In this document: positions 5,925-15,251 of the stretch, piece by piece
Layout: each line of letters begins with the position of its first letter
How positions within the stretch are numbered: position 1 is the first letter of the stretch
Assembly (NCBI RefSeq): GCF_008000775.2
Contig: NZ_CP042905.2
Coordinates: 390,001-422,000 of the forward strand
Length of the DNA stretch: 32,000 bases
DNA from: Promethearchaeum syntrophicum
Lineage (GTDB): Archaea > Asgardarchaeota > Lokiarchaeia > Sigyniarchaeales > Promethearchaeaceae
Reading direction: 5' to 3'
Notes under the pieces: model-generated
What the model was told of the DNA's origin: nothing
Seen by the model: only the letters and a program-made list of their open reading frames with translations
The model's database searches: none
Position numbers and translations under genes: made by a program

Positions 5925-8612
5925 GTGACTGAAATTCAATCTCTTCTGAAACAATTAGATAGCGAAGAAACAAGGCTTCTTACAATTAAGAGGTTAGGAA
6001 TGGTTTATGATCCTAACTTAGTAGATCACCTCGTAAAATATCTTTTGGATAAAAATGGTAAGATCCGAGAAGCAACAATTTTTGCATTGAGCGCTTTGGG
6101 AGAAGTAGATACTATTATAGATCCAATAATTAATTGTTTAGGGGATGAAGTAAAAGAAGTACAAATTGCTGCAATAAAGACTCTTGGTGAATTTCGTTCA
6201 ATTAGGGGAACAAAACCATTAATTAAAATGTTAAATAACTCAGATAATGATGTTAGAGCTGCAACTGTAGTTGCACTTGGTTTGATTGAGGATAAAAATA
6301 GTCTATTTCCATTGATAGATGCTCTGGAAGATAAAGATGAAGAAGTAAAGATTAATGCTATAATGGCATTGGGTCAAATTGGTGATCAACGCGCAATAGA
6401 TCCAATTATTGAATGCTTAAAAGGAAGTTTTCCAGTACAACAAATGGCAATTCTAACTTTAGGAAAATTTGGTGATAAAAAGATCATTTCTCCTCTCAAA
6501 AAACTTTTATCTTCCCCAAATCCAAAAATCAGACAATATGCGATCATGTCTCTAGGATCTTTAAAAAATTCTAAGATTATAGAATATGCTATAAGGCTTC
6601 TAGATGATGAAGATCCCTCTGTACAACGCGCTGCAGCATCATCATTAATGGGATTACATGATCAACAAATTGTAACATCATTTATAGATCGCTTGAAGGA
6701 CTCTAATCCTGAAATCCGTCAAACTGCTTGTAAGGCATTGGGGAATCTGAAGGATGAGTCTGCAGTTATGGGTTTAATTGAAACTTTAAAAGATATTGAA
6801 CCAGAAGTTCGGGAACAGGCTGCTCACTCTTTAGGGATATTGGGAGATACTTCAGCAACAAAGCCTCTTATTAGCCAACTTAAAAAAGACAATGATCCCA
6901 AAGTACGTGCAACAATTGCATTGGCCCTAGGTAAAATAGAAGGACAAGCATCTCATGGGGGATTATCTAAAAAATTTAGTGTTTCCTCCGCAATAAGACC
7001 ATTATCAAAAGCTTTATCTGATCCAGATTTAAAAGTTCGAGCCAATTCAGCAGAATCATTAGCAAAGATTTCAATTTCAGGAGGCTCGTTCAAAAAAGCA
7101 CAATCTTATTATGAAAAAGCAGCAGCAGAGTCATTAACTTGGGATTATCATCAAAGTATTTATCAAGCATGTGCAATTGGTTGTGGATTAATTGAATCGA
7201 TTTCAAAAGGAATATACAAAGACTACGTTGCAGAATTTGATTTAATATATGAGAATTTAGAATTATCTGCAAAAATGATTGGAAATCAAACATTTCTATC
7301 TTATAATTATTGGAAATTACTGCAAGTATTTAATTCAATCTTTCTAAGCAAAACTAAGGAGCAATTCATCCAATATTATAGAGATTTTGGATTGCAATTA
7401 CTACTATTAGCTAAGAAATTACCAGAAGAGAGTAGAGAAATATTAAATGAATCTCAAGATAAATTAAATGAAAAATTTACTATGATTGATAAACGAGGGC
7501 TACCTCTAGAGCAATCCATTGCAGAAATGGAAAAATTGAAAGAAGAGGTAAATGAGATTGCAAATAAAATATTGCAACTGGAACCATTAGAATTACGCAT
7601 GGAGGAAAAAACGAAGAAATCGGTCAAAGCGATTGAAAGCTTAATTTCCACAGTTGATGATATAGTTAGTGATAGTGAACCTACATTGAATGATAGTCCT
7701 ATTACAATTAGAATTACATCAAAAAAAGAACGGAATTTTAATTTAGAAGAAGTCGATTTTGGAACCAGTATATCGCTAGATCATAATAAACCCACTCCCA
7801 TAGCTTTAATACAATTACAAAAAGGGATTAAAAGAGAAAGTTATGTTCAGGAACCAAGAGATTTATGGGAGAAATCCGTACAAAGATATTACGATTATAA
7901 TATTTATCGCCATTCAAGAATTCTCCAATTTACAAAAGAATCAATTCAGATGCGTGCTAAACCTAAAATTATTGGATATCTTGATGATATGATATATGAA
8001 AGTAAAAAATTAGTAATTTTTCCTGAAAATTCTGTTCCATATTCTTATTTGGATAAATTACAGCAGTTTGCAGATCGATTTAATTTCTTCATAATTGCAG
8101 GAATCGAAACTATGGCTGAAAAAGGTTCATATTTTAATCGTGCTTATCTTATTGGGCCATTATTAGAAAGATTTTCATTTCAACAAAAAAATTCTCAAAC
8201 GGTTCTACCTCCCTCAGAGAAAAGCATTAGTGAATGGAGGGAAAATATCGAACCAACTATTCCACCTGTTTTTAAAATATTCAATTCCCCTTTTGGGAAA
8301 TTTTTGATTCTGATAGGTCAAGATATTGTTGAAAATTTGCAGTATTTACCATTTATTTTCCGTGAAAAAAGTTTGGATTTTGCGATATTATTAAACAATG
8401 GATATTTACATGATTCAACTCTAAAAGACATCCAAAATCTGGCAAATGAGACAAAGAAACCAATATTTCTTGTAAATACTGGTCAATTTGGTGGAACCGG
8501 TATTTATTTACCCAACCAAACAATGGATTCATTATTGCAGAATGAATTCACTGAAGGTATTGCTTCATATGAATTAGAAATACCTGAAGAAGAAGATCTA
8601 GAGTTATTATAA
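5925..8612 (+). CDS. HEAT-repeat protein with a central helical/coiled-coil region and a C-terminal carbon-nitrogen-hydrolase-like domain lacking the catalytic Cys
   Basis: It has at least 11 tandem ~31-aa HEAT/PBS-lyase-type repeats (D..VR..A..ALG..GD). The C-terminal ~270 aa follow CN-hydrolase topology (IALIQ, LVIFPE, FFIIAG..YFNRAYLIGP..FQQKN, FLILIGQD, FAILLNN, IFLVNTGQFGGTGIYLP). The start is uncertain. The ATG at 5754 overlaps the divergent gene by 95 nt, so I prefer the GTG at 5925; the ATG at 6000 is the alternative. Confidence 0.8.
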   Translation: MTEIQSLLKQLDSEETRLLTIKRLGMVYDPNLVDHLVKYLLDKNGKIREATIFALSALGEVDTIIDPIINCLGDEVKEVQIAAIKTLGEFRSIRGTKPLIKMLNNSDNDVRAATVVALGLIEDKNSLFPLIDALEDKDEEVKINAIMALGQIGDQRAIDPIIECLKGSFPVQQMAILTLGKFGDKKIISPLKKLLSSPNPKIRQYAIMSLGSLKNSKIIEYAIRLLDDEDPSVQRAAASSLMGLHDQQIVTSFIDRLKDSNPEIRQTACKALGNLKDESAVMGLIETLKDIEPEVREQAAHSLGILGDTSATKPLISQLKKDNDPKVRATIALALGKIEGQASHGGLSKKFSVSSAIRPLSKALSDPDLKVRANSAESLAKISISGGSFKKAQSYYEKAAAESLTWDYHQSIYQACAIGCGLIESISKGIYKDYVAEFDLIYENLELSAKMIGNQTFLSYNYWKLLQVFNSIFLSKTKEQFIQYYRDFGLQLLLLAKKLPEESREILNESQDKLNEKFTMIDKRGLPLEQSIAEMEKLKEEVNEIANKILQLEPLELRMEEKTKKSVKAIESLISTVDDIVSDSEPTLNDSPITIRITSKKERNFNLEEVDFGTSISLDHNKPTPIALIQLQKGIKRESYVQEPRDLWEKSVQRYYDYNIYRHSRILQFTKESIQMRAKPKIIGYLDDMIYESKKLVIFPENSVPYSYLDKLQQFADRFNFFIIAGIETMAEKGSYFNRAYLIGPLLERFSFQQKNSQTVLPPSEKSISEWRENIEPTIPPVFKIFNSPFGKFLILIGQDIVENLQYLPFIFREKSLDFAILLNNGYLHDSTLKDIQNLANETKKPIFLVNTGQFGGTGIYLPNQTMDSLLQNEFTEGIASYELEIPEEEDLELL
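6048..7085 (+). repeat. Intragenic array of at least 11 HEAT/PBS-lyase-like repeats (about 93 nt each, diverged at DNA level)
   Basis: The protein-level periodicity is visible in units such as NSDNDVRAATVVALGLIED, DKDEEVKINAIMALGQIGD, DSNPEIRQTACKALGNLKD, DIEPEVREQAAHSLGILGD and DNDPKVRATIALALGKIEG. Confidence 0.8.
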
Positions 8613-8668
8613 ATTAACTAAATTTCTATACACAAAAAATTAATAATTAATCTCTTTTTTCAAAATTC

Positions 8669-10666
8669 ATGATGAACGAAGAGCTATCTTTTAAACTTAA
8701 AAATTTACCAGATAATCCCGGAGTTTATCTATTTAGAGATATTGAAAATGTTATATTGTATATAGGGAAAGCAAAATCTCTAAAAAAAAGGGTTGTTTCA
8801 TACTGGAAAGAGCGAAATCCGAAAGATGATCCTATTTATAATAAAAAAATTGTAAAATTAGTCAGTTTAATCCATGATATCGACCTTTTTGTAGTAGAAA
8901 ATGAAGCCGAAGCTTTAATCTTAGAAAATGAATTGATAAAAAAGCATCAGCCTCGATTCAATGCTTTAGCCAAGGATGATAAATCATACCCATGGGTAAA
9001 GATCACTAAAGAAAAATTCCCTAGAGTCTCCATAATTCGATCTCCAGAGCGTCATGGATTACAAAATAAATTTATCGGACCTTTTGTTGATGCTGGAGAT
9101 CTTAGACATTTATTAAGATATATTCGGAAAATTTTTCCATATTGTACATGTAAAACCAAATCTTCACGTAATAGTCGGATTCGTCCATGTGTATATTATC
9201 AAATTAATTTATGTCCAGCACCATGTTGTGAGAAAATTGATGAGAAAAAATATATGGAAAATATTGAAAATATCGAGCAACTTCTTGTTGGAAACATTGA
9301 TGAAATGCAAGAAAATTTTAAAGCTAAAATGATACAAGCATCTAATGAATTAAATTTTGAAGAAGCTGCTATTTACCGCAACCATCTTAAAGAACTTGAA
9401 ATTTTTACCGTAGAACAATCAATTATTTCTTATGATCTTGAAAAAACTGCGAAGAAAGGACAGGTTACTGAAGAGGTTACTAAACCAGTGTGGAAAGACC
9501 TTGACATAGTTGCAGGTTTTTTTTCCAAGGTTAGAGCAGGAATAATAATTCTTCATGTAAGACACGGGAGGTTAATCGGTAAAACCCCTTATGTGATAGA
9601 TCTTGGGGAAAAAATAATAACAAAGTCAAATTATTTTATATCTTTATTTAAACAGCATTATCTTCGCCCAGAAATTCCCGTACCTAATGAAATTGTTTCA
9701 AAATATGAATTTCCCCAAGATATTATTGAAGGATTATCCACTTATTTTTCTAAAAATAATTTAAATTCAAAAAAAATTGTATTTCGTGTACCATCAGAAG
9801 ATGATAAAACTGCGGGACTTCAAAGGATAGCAAGGAAAAATATCGAATTATTAGTTCACCAAAAAGATTCGTTTGATGTACATAAAGGAATCACCCAAGG
9901 ACTCAAAAATCTTAAAGAAATACTAAATCTAGATGAAATTCCTTTAATCATTGAGGCGTTCGATATGTCTCATACTCAAGGAACTGATTATGTAGGATCC
10001 ATGGTCTGTTTCGTAGAAGGAAAACCCAGTAAAAGTCATTATCGGAGATATAAAGTAAGAAATACTCAAAAACCTGATGATATTGCAGCAATGAAAGAGG
10101 TAATGACCAGAAGATATACGCGCGCAATAAAAGATGATAATTTGCCTGATTTAATTGTGGTTGATGGTGGGAAGGGGCAATTAAATATGGCTCATACACT
10201 TCTAAATGATCTTGGGATTGATAACATTCCTCATATTGGTTTAAGTAAACCAGAAGGAAGAAGTGAAATAAATCAACCCCCTAAAATTATTTTACCCGAA
10301 CAGCAAGATTATATTGAGCTTCCGCTAAAATCTGAATCACTTCATATTTTACAAGCACTTAGAGATGAGTCTCATAGATTTGCAATTAATTATCATCGAT
10401 TATTAAGGAAAAAACGACAGAAAAAATCGGAACTTGATGATATTTCTGGAATTGGACCTGCTCGAAAACGGAAATTGTTAACTTTTTTTGGTTCTGTTAA
10501 GGAAATAAAAAAGGCTACAGAAGAACAAATTGCTGAAGTTGTTGGTTCATCAAATGCACAAAATATTTTCAACCATTTTGAACATAAAAGAAGCAAAGAA
10601 AAACGGTTTAAAAAGAAAACCAGTCGTAAGAAGGCAGTTTCCTCATTTTCAAAGCAACAAAAATAA
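8669..10666 (+). CDS. uvrC: Excinuclease ABC subunit C (UvrC)
   Basis: It has a GIY-YIG domain (GVYLFRD..ILYIGKAKSLKKRV..ENELIKKHQPRFN) and a Cys cluster (CTCK..PCVYYQINLCPAPCC). A UVR motif (NFEEAAIYRNHLKEL) and a C-terminal endonuclease region (EAFDMSHTQG, VVDGGKGQLN) are present. An (HhH)2 module follows (ISGIGPARKRKLLTFFGSVKEIKKAT), then a Lys-rich tail. Confidence 0.92.
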   Translation: MMNEELSFKLKNLPDNPGVYLFRDIENVILYIGKAKSLKKRVVSYWKERNPKDDPIYNKKIVKLVSLIHDIDLFVVENEAEALILENELIKKHQPRFNALAKDDKSYPWVKITKEKFPRVSIIRSPERHGLQNKFIGPFVDAGDLRHLLRYIRKIFPYCTCKTKSSRNSRIRPCVYYQINLCPAPCCEKIDEKKYMENIENIEQLLVGNIDEMQENFKAKMIQASNELNFEEAAIYRNHLKELEIFTVEQSIISYDLEKTAKKGQVTEEVTKPVWKDLDIVAGFFSKVRAGIIILHVRHGRLIGKTPYVIDLGEKIITKSNYFISLFKQHYLRPEIPVPNEIVSKYEFPQDIIEGLSTYFSKNNLNSKKIVFRVPSEDDKTAGLQRIARKNIELLVHQKDSFDVHKGITQGLKNLKEILNLDEIPLIIEAFDMSHTQGTDYVGSMVCFVEGKPSKSHYRRYKVRNTQKPDDIAAMKEVMTRRYTRAIKDDNLPDLIVVDGGKGQLNMAHTLLNDLGIDNIPHIGLSKPEGRSEINQPPKIILPEQQDYIELPLKSESLHILQALRDESHRFAINYHRLLRKKRQKKSELDDISGIGPARKRKLLTFFGSVKEIKKATEEQIAEVVGSSNAQNIFNHFEHKRSKEKRFKKKTSRKKAVSSFSKQQK

Positions 10667-10672
10667 TGATTA

Positions 10673-12223
10673 TTAATTTTCATGCTCGATTCTAAGTGCA
10701 TTTATCTGCTTTGTTGTGAATTTCTTTGATTCTCCTTGTTTAACATAATTTAAAAAAAAGATTGCAACAATTTCCCATAGAATAATATAAGGAAAGAGTG
10801 TTACGTACTGAAAACCTTCGTCACAATCGGTAATTATTTTATATAAACTGAAAACACTTCCAGCAATTAACGGACTAAAAGTTGCACTTAGCTGACTAAA
10901 TAAATAATATACTCCTGTATAGGCACCAATTTTACCTTTGGGTGCCATTTGCCATATAATAACAATTGAATTTATGATTACAAATCCAAAAAAAATCCCC
11001 ATAAAACCCATCAAAATTCTTATTAGAATTAGATTTTTCAAATAAATCATAAAAAATGAGCAAATGCTAAGTCCAATTAATCCCAAAAATATAGTTTTTT
11101 TGCGCCCAAACTTTTCGGCAATTTTACCTGCTGGAATTGCAGTAATTATCATAACTATGGGAGCAATAATTATAACTGAACTTGCTTCCCCTTCTTCTAA
11201 ACCTAAAAAACTCGTTGCATATAGGCTGTAATATGTCTCTAACGCGTTTTGGCTTAAAAACGATGTAAAAATTACAATTAACATAAATAAGGTGCTTTTT
11301 TCACTTTCTTTGAAAATAATCTTTAAAATTTCATAGGGTTTTTCTTTTTTTTCGATATTTTTCTCTTGTTCCCCTAAATAATCCAGAGTAATTGGATTAA
11401 TTGCTATGCTATATTCTCCAATTTTTAAAAATTTCTCTCCAGTCGGAGTTTCTTTTACCGTTAATAAGAATATTCCTAAGGCAATTGCAGTAGCGATACT
11501 TACAAGATAAAATCCCAAAGCTCGAGATAAATCTTTTTGATATAGTAATTGAGTACTATAAAATTTACCTGTAATAATAGGGATTACTAATCCTATTACC
11601 ATTGAAATTGCTCCTAGAGTATTTATAATTGCATTACCTGTAGATCTTACCTCAGGATCTGTCAAATCTGGTAAAACTGAAATACTGGCACTACGATAAA
11701 ATGACATTGAAAAATTGAACCAAATTATTACTGAAATTAATCCTATAAAAGGTCCAATTCCTCGTGAATCAGAGATTATTCCTAATATAGAAAAAGAAAT
11801 TACTGCGCTTATACATCCAATTATTATAAATGGTGTTCTTTTTCCTAATTTTGATTTTGCTCGATCAGAAATCGCCCCGAAATATGGAATCATAAGTACA
11901 GCAATTATATTATCAAGAACCATTATAATTCCGACATATAAATCCAGAAAATTTCCCGCATCTATATCTATAAAGAATTCTTTCAATAGTATAGGCATTA
12001 TAAAGTTATAATAAGCCCACACAATTGAAGAAGTCATAAAAGCAAGACCAATAAGAAAAGTTCTTCCATAATTTAATTTTCCTGGAGTATTAGGTGACAT
12101 TCGAGGCTTATACGAAGAATTTAAATTATCGTCATTTCCTATTGATGAGGGCATTTTTAAAATAAAATCTAATAATATTATTAAAATTTGTCCCGACATA
12201 TCGGAAAATATTAGTTTTAACAT
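10673..12223 (-). CDS. MFS transporter, glycoside-pentoside-hexuronide / sucrose-symporter-like
   Basis: It has about 12 hydrophobic segments and the loop 2-3 motif ISDRAKSKLGKRTPFIIIG. It is a paralogue of the divergent neighbour. The start is uncertain: ATG 12223, 12154 or 12100. The last gives MSPNTPGKLNYGRTF, which aligns best with the paralogue's N-terminus. Confidence 0.8.
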   Translation of the reverse strand: MLKLIFSDMSGQILIILLDFILKMPSSIGNDDNLNSSYKPRMSPNTPGKLNYGRTFLIGLAFMTSSIVWAYYNFIMPILLKEFFIDIDAGNFLDLYVGIIMVLDNIIAVLMIPYFGAISDRAKSKLGKRTPFIIIGCISAVISFSILGIISDSRGIGPFIGLISVIIWFNFSMSFYRSASISVLPDLTDPEVRSTGNAIINTLGAISMVIGLVIPIITGKFYSTQLLYQKDLSRALGFYLVSIATAIALGIFLLTVKETPTGEKFLKIGEYSIAINPITLDYLGEQEKNIEKKEKPYEILKIIFKESEKSTLFMLIVIFTSFLSQNALETYYSLYATSFLGLEEGEASSVIIIAPIVMIITAIPAGKIAEKFGRKKTIFLGLIGLSICSFFMIYLKNLILIRILMGFMGIFFGFVIINSIVIIWQMAPKGKIGAYTGVYYLFSQLSATFSPLIAGSVFSLYKIITDCDEGFQYVTLFPYIILWEIVAIFFLNYVKQGESKKFTTKQINALRIEHEN

Positions 12224-12315
12224 ATGTGAGGTTTAAGAGAATTATGAGAAAGAATTTATTTATAGAACGTAAAATTGGAAGTAAACCTTTTTTAAGGACT
12301 TCATAAAAGTAATAA

Positions 12316-13650
12316 ATGATTATAATGTCTGAAAAATCGATTATTGATCAAAGGGAACCTTGGCAAAAGAAGCCCAAATTTAATTGGGGAAAGACTCTTT
12401 TAATATCCTTTGGGTTTTTTGCCAGTTCTATAGCGTGGTCTCAATATAATTCTCAAATTCCGATTGCGTTGGATGTATTATTACCAAGTCAATATTTACT
12501 TATTGGATTCATAATGACGTTGGATAATATCATTGGAATGTTTCTTCAACCTATAATGGGAAATCTCTCGGATCGCACAAAATCTCGGTTCGGTCGAAGA
12601 ATGCCTTTTATTCTTATCGGCTTACCTATTTCTGCAGGATTATTTCTACTTCTTGCCTTAACGAAAAATACTTTATGGTTATATATAATAGTAATTTTCT
12701 TCTTTGTTACTGCAATGGCTATCTGGAGAGCTCCCGTAGTATCCATGATGCCTGACTTTGTTTCCCCTCAAAACAGGAGCAAAGGCAATGCTCTTGTAAA
12801 TATATTTGGAGGAATTGCATCAGCGGCAGCTGCCTTTGTAGGTGGGATCCTAATTGATAAGGATTATTTCATAGGTTTCGTGTTCGTGGTAGTGGCAATG
12901 ATCGTCGCATTAATAATTCTCTTTTTTGGAGTTAAAGAGCCAGATACAAGAGAATGGGACTTTTCTGAAGCTTTAAATAAAAAGAATGAAGCAGGAATAT
13001 GGAATAAAATCAAAGAATTGGTAAAAGAAGAGGAAAAATCTCCGATTTGGATGTTAATTGCAATCTGGGCTTGGTTTATGACCCATCAAGCAATTGAATC
13101 TTTATTGAGTCTATATGCTACGAAAATAATAGGAGTTTCTGATGGAGAGGCACAACAGTTATTACTTTATGTCTCTATTTCGTTTATTATTTTTGCTTTT
13201 GTGTCTTCATTTTTATCTAAAAAATTAACTAGACGTACCACCATCTTAATTGGGTTGGGTATTTGCATCCTTTCATTAGTATCAGCCATTTTCATAAAAG
13301 GTCCAGATCAATTATGGCTTCTTATCGCTATATTAATCGTATATGGAGCTGGATGGGCATTTATTAATATAAATAGTATTGCAATGATGTGGGACATGGC
13401 CACTACTCCAAAACAAATCGGAACTTACACAGGACTTTATTATTTTGCTTCATTCCTTGCAGCCGTTCTGGGACCGATAAGTTTAGGATATATTATGGAA
13501 TATGTAGCAGGTTTAGAATATCTATTGCCTGTTGGTGCAGTTTTTATGCTGATTGCCATAATTGCAATGCTCTTTGTCAAACGAGGAGAGCCAGAACTGA
13601 CCGAAGAACAGAAATCAGATTTAGAGAAAGCGAAAATCGATGCAAAATAA
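12316..13650 (+). CDS. MFS transporter, glycoside-pentoside-hexuronide / sucrose-symporter-like
   Basis: It has about 12 hydrophobic segments and the motif LSDRTKSRFGRRMPFILIG. The second half shows GIGTYTGLYYF-type conservation (PKQIGTYTGLYYFASF versus PKGKIGAYTGVYYLFSQ in the paralogue). Confidence 0.85.
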   Translation: MIIMSEKSIIDQREPWQKKPKFNWGKTLLISFGFFASSIAWSQYNSQIPIALDVLLPSQYLLIGFIMTLDNIIGMFLQPIMGNLSDRTKSRFGRRMPFILIGLPISAGLFLLLALTKNTLWLYIIVIFFFVTAMAIWRAPVVSMMPDFVSPQNRSKGNALVNIFGGIASAAAAFVGGILIDKDYFIGFVFVVVAMIVALIILFFGVKEPDTREWDFSEALNKKNEAGIWNKIKELVKEEEKSPIWMLIAIWAWFMTHQAIESLLSLYATKIIGVSDGEAQQLLLYVSISFIIFAFVSSFLSKKLTRRTTILIGLGICILSLVSAIFIKGPDQLWLLIAILIVYGAGWAFININSIAMMWDMATTPKQIGTYTGLYYFASFLAAVLGPISLGYIMEYVAGLEYLLPVGAVFMLIAIIAMLFVKRGEPELTEEQKSDLEKAKIDAK

Positions 13651-13755
13651 TACTTTTTTATTATTCTTAAATATTTCAATTTTTTTCTCTTTTTCTTTTT
13701 AAACCTTCTTTATTCTAGAAAGAAATCTTAAACGAATTTGCATTTTAAAATAAAT

Positions 13756-14895
13756 ATGAATCTATTTGAAAGAACAAAAATAATTTTAGAAAAACATGAT
13801 ATTGATGGTTGGTTAGTAATGAGTAGTGAAGGAAATGATATTCACGCACAATATTTATTAGATGTTGAAGCTCACATAATGCATTTCATATATATATCTC
13901 GAAATGAAAAAGATCATGTTGTTTCATGCGTAATGGAAGCACCTATGATCAAAAAATCTTTGGAACGGCAAGGAATTGAAGCAGAAGTATCTACATACAA
14001 ATCTTTCAAAGATATTGGATCAATTCTTGCAAAACTATTAAAAGATAAGAAAATTGCGCTAAATTTTGGAGAAGATGTATTATCTTCTAGTGGAACAGGA
14101 TATGCTGAATTCCTTCCAGTTGGATTATATAATGCTTTACTGAAATATTCACCAACTACAAAATTTGTATCTGCAGCTCCGATAATCTATGAATTACGGA
14201 GTGTGAAATCCCCTGAAGAAATTGAAGATTTAAAGCATGCAACAAAAGCCACCATTGAAATTTTGGAAGATATCCCAAATTGGGTAAAAATTGGGATGAC
14301 TGAAAAAGAAATCAAAGCCAAACTTGAATATGAATATCTGAAAATTGGGACTCTTTCATTTCCTGCAATTGTTGCAAATAATGAACATGCTGCCGATCCC
14401 CATCATAACTGTTCGGATAAAAAAGTGGAAAAAGGGGTCTTATTAATTGATTCTGGAGTAAAAACCCGTCGAATATGCTCAGACATTACTTGGACATATT
14501 GGGTGGGAGGAAACCCTCCGGAAGATTTCCTTCAAGCCTATGATGCATTATATTATTCTAAAAAAGTATCATATAAATATATTAAAGCGGGAGCACCAGC
14601 AAATATGCCCGCAATTAAATGTCGTGAAGCGTTGCAAGAACGCGGCTACGATACAGATAAATTATATTTCCATGGTCTTGCTCATCCAATAGGATTTGTG
14701 GTGCACGATATCGGACCAGGAATGAGTATGAAAACAGATCCAAGCCGCTTACTCGTTGAAAACATGGTCTATTCAAATGAACCTGGACTATATTGGGAAA
14801 ATAAATGGGGAATTCGTCTGGAAGACGATTTGGTGGTAGGAAAAGATGGGGCTATTGTTGTTTCTTATAATCCGAAGAATCCCCTCCTAATTTAA
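13756..14895 (+). CDS. M24-family metallopeptidase (Xaa-Pro aminopeptidase/dipeptidase type)
   Basis: It has the pita-bread-fold metal ligands in canonical order: LLIDSG...CSDITWTY (D, D), HGLAHPIGFVVHD (H), SNEPGLY (E), GIRLEDDLVV (E). The track start at 13738 is a TTG, so I use the ATG at 13756 (MNLFERTK). Confidence 0.85.
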   Translation: MNLFERTKIILEKHDIDGWLVMSSEGNDIHAQYLLDVEAHIMHFIYISRNEKDHVVSCVMEAPMIKKSLERQGIEAEVSTYKSFKDIGSILAKLLKDKKIALNFGEDVLSSSGTGYAEFLPVGLYNALLKYSPTTKFVSAAPIIYELRSVKSPEEIEDLKHATKATIEILEDIPNWVKIGMTEKEIKAKLEYEYLKIGTLSFPAIVANNEHAADPHHNCSDKKVEKGVLLIDSGVKTRRICSDITWTYWVGGNPPEDFLQAYDALYYSKKVSYKYIKAGAPANMPAIKCREALQERGYDTDKLYFHGLAHPIGFVVHDIGPGMSMKTDPSRLLVENMVYSNEPGLYWENKWGIRLEDDLVVGKDGAIVVSYNPKNPLLI

Positions 14896-15196
14896 TCAGA
14901 TTTTTATATTCTTCAATAATTAGATTAAATTTTTTAATATCTTCTTCATTTTTTGTATTTTTAATTAATTCCATTGTTAAATTTATTTTTTTATTTAAAA
15001 ATTCTTTAATATTCTCTTGATTTATATTATCAATCTCTAAAACTTCCAAAATTTCATAATATATTTTTGATTTTAATAAATATTCATCATACATTTGTTT
15101 AGATAAGTGAGATATTAAATTTGGATTATAATCTTCAAGTTGGCTTTCATTTTTTATTTTCAAATCGGTAATATAAAAAGAATCTCGAATATTCAT
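14852..15196 (-). CDS. Hypothetical helical protein, 114 aa
   Basis: It has an ATG start and an E/K/N/I/L-rich, helix-prone sequence with no recognisable motif. Its 3' end overlaps the convergent peptidase gene by 44 nt. It is on the same strand as, and 55 nt downstream of, the longin-V4R gene. Confidence 0.4.
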   Translation of the reverse strand: MNIRDSFYITDLKIKNESQLEDYNPNLISHLSKQMYDEYLLKSKIYYEILEVLEIDNINQENIKEFLNKKINLTMELIKNTKNEEDIKKFNLIIEEYKNLIKLGGDSSDYKKQQ

Positions 15197-15251
15197 AATA
15201 TGATATTGTCTTACGAAAAATTTAGTTATAGTAATTTCTACTTCGTTTTAT

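Noticed and set aside
13713-13720. The palindrome ttctagaa about 35 nt upstream of the M24 peptidase start, considered as an operator.
   Set aside because: It is a single 8-bp AT-rich palindrome that does not extend. It is not distinguishable from background.
14852-15196. The 114-aa ORF ending ...IKLGGDSSDYKKQQ as a Ubl precursor.
   Set aside because: The sequence is predicted all-helical and low-complexity, incompatible with a beta-grasp. The GG falls in the part encoded antisense to the peptidase gene.
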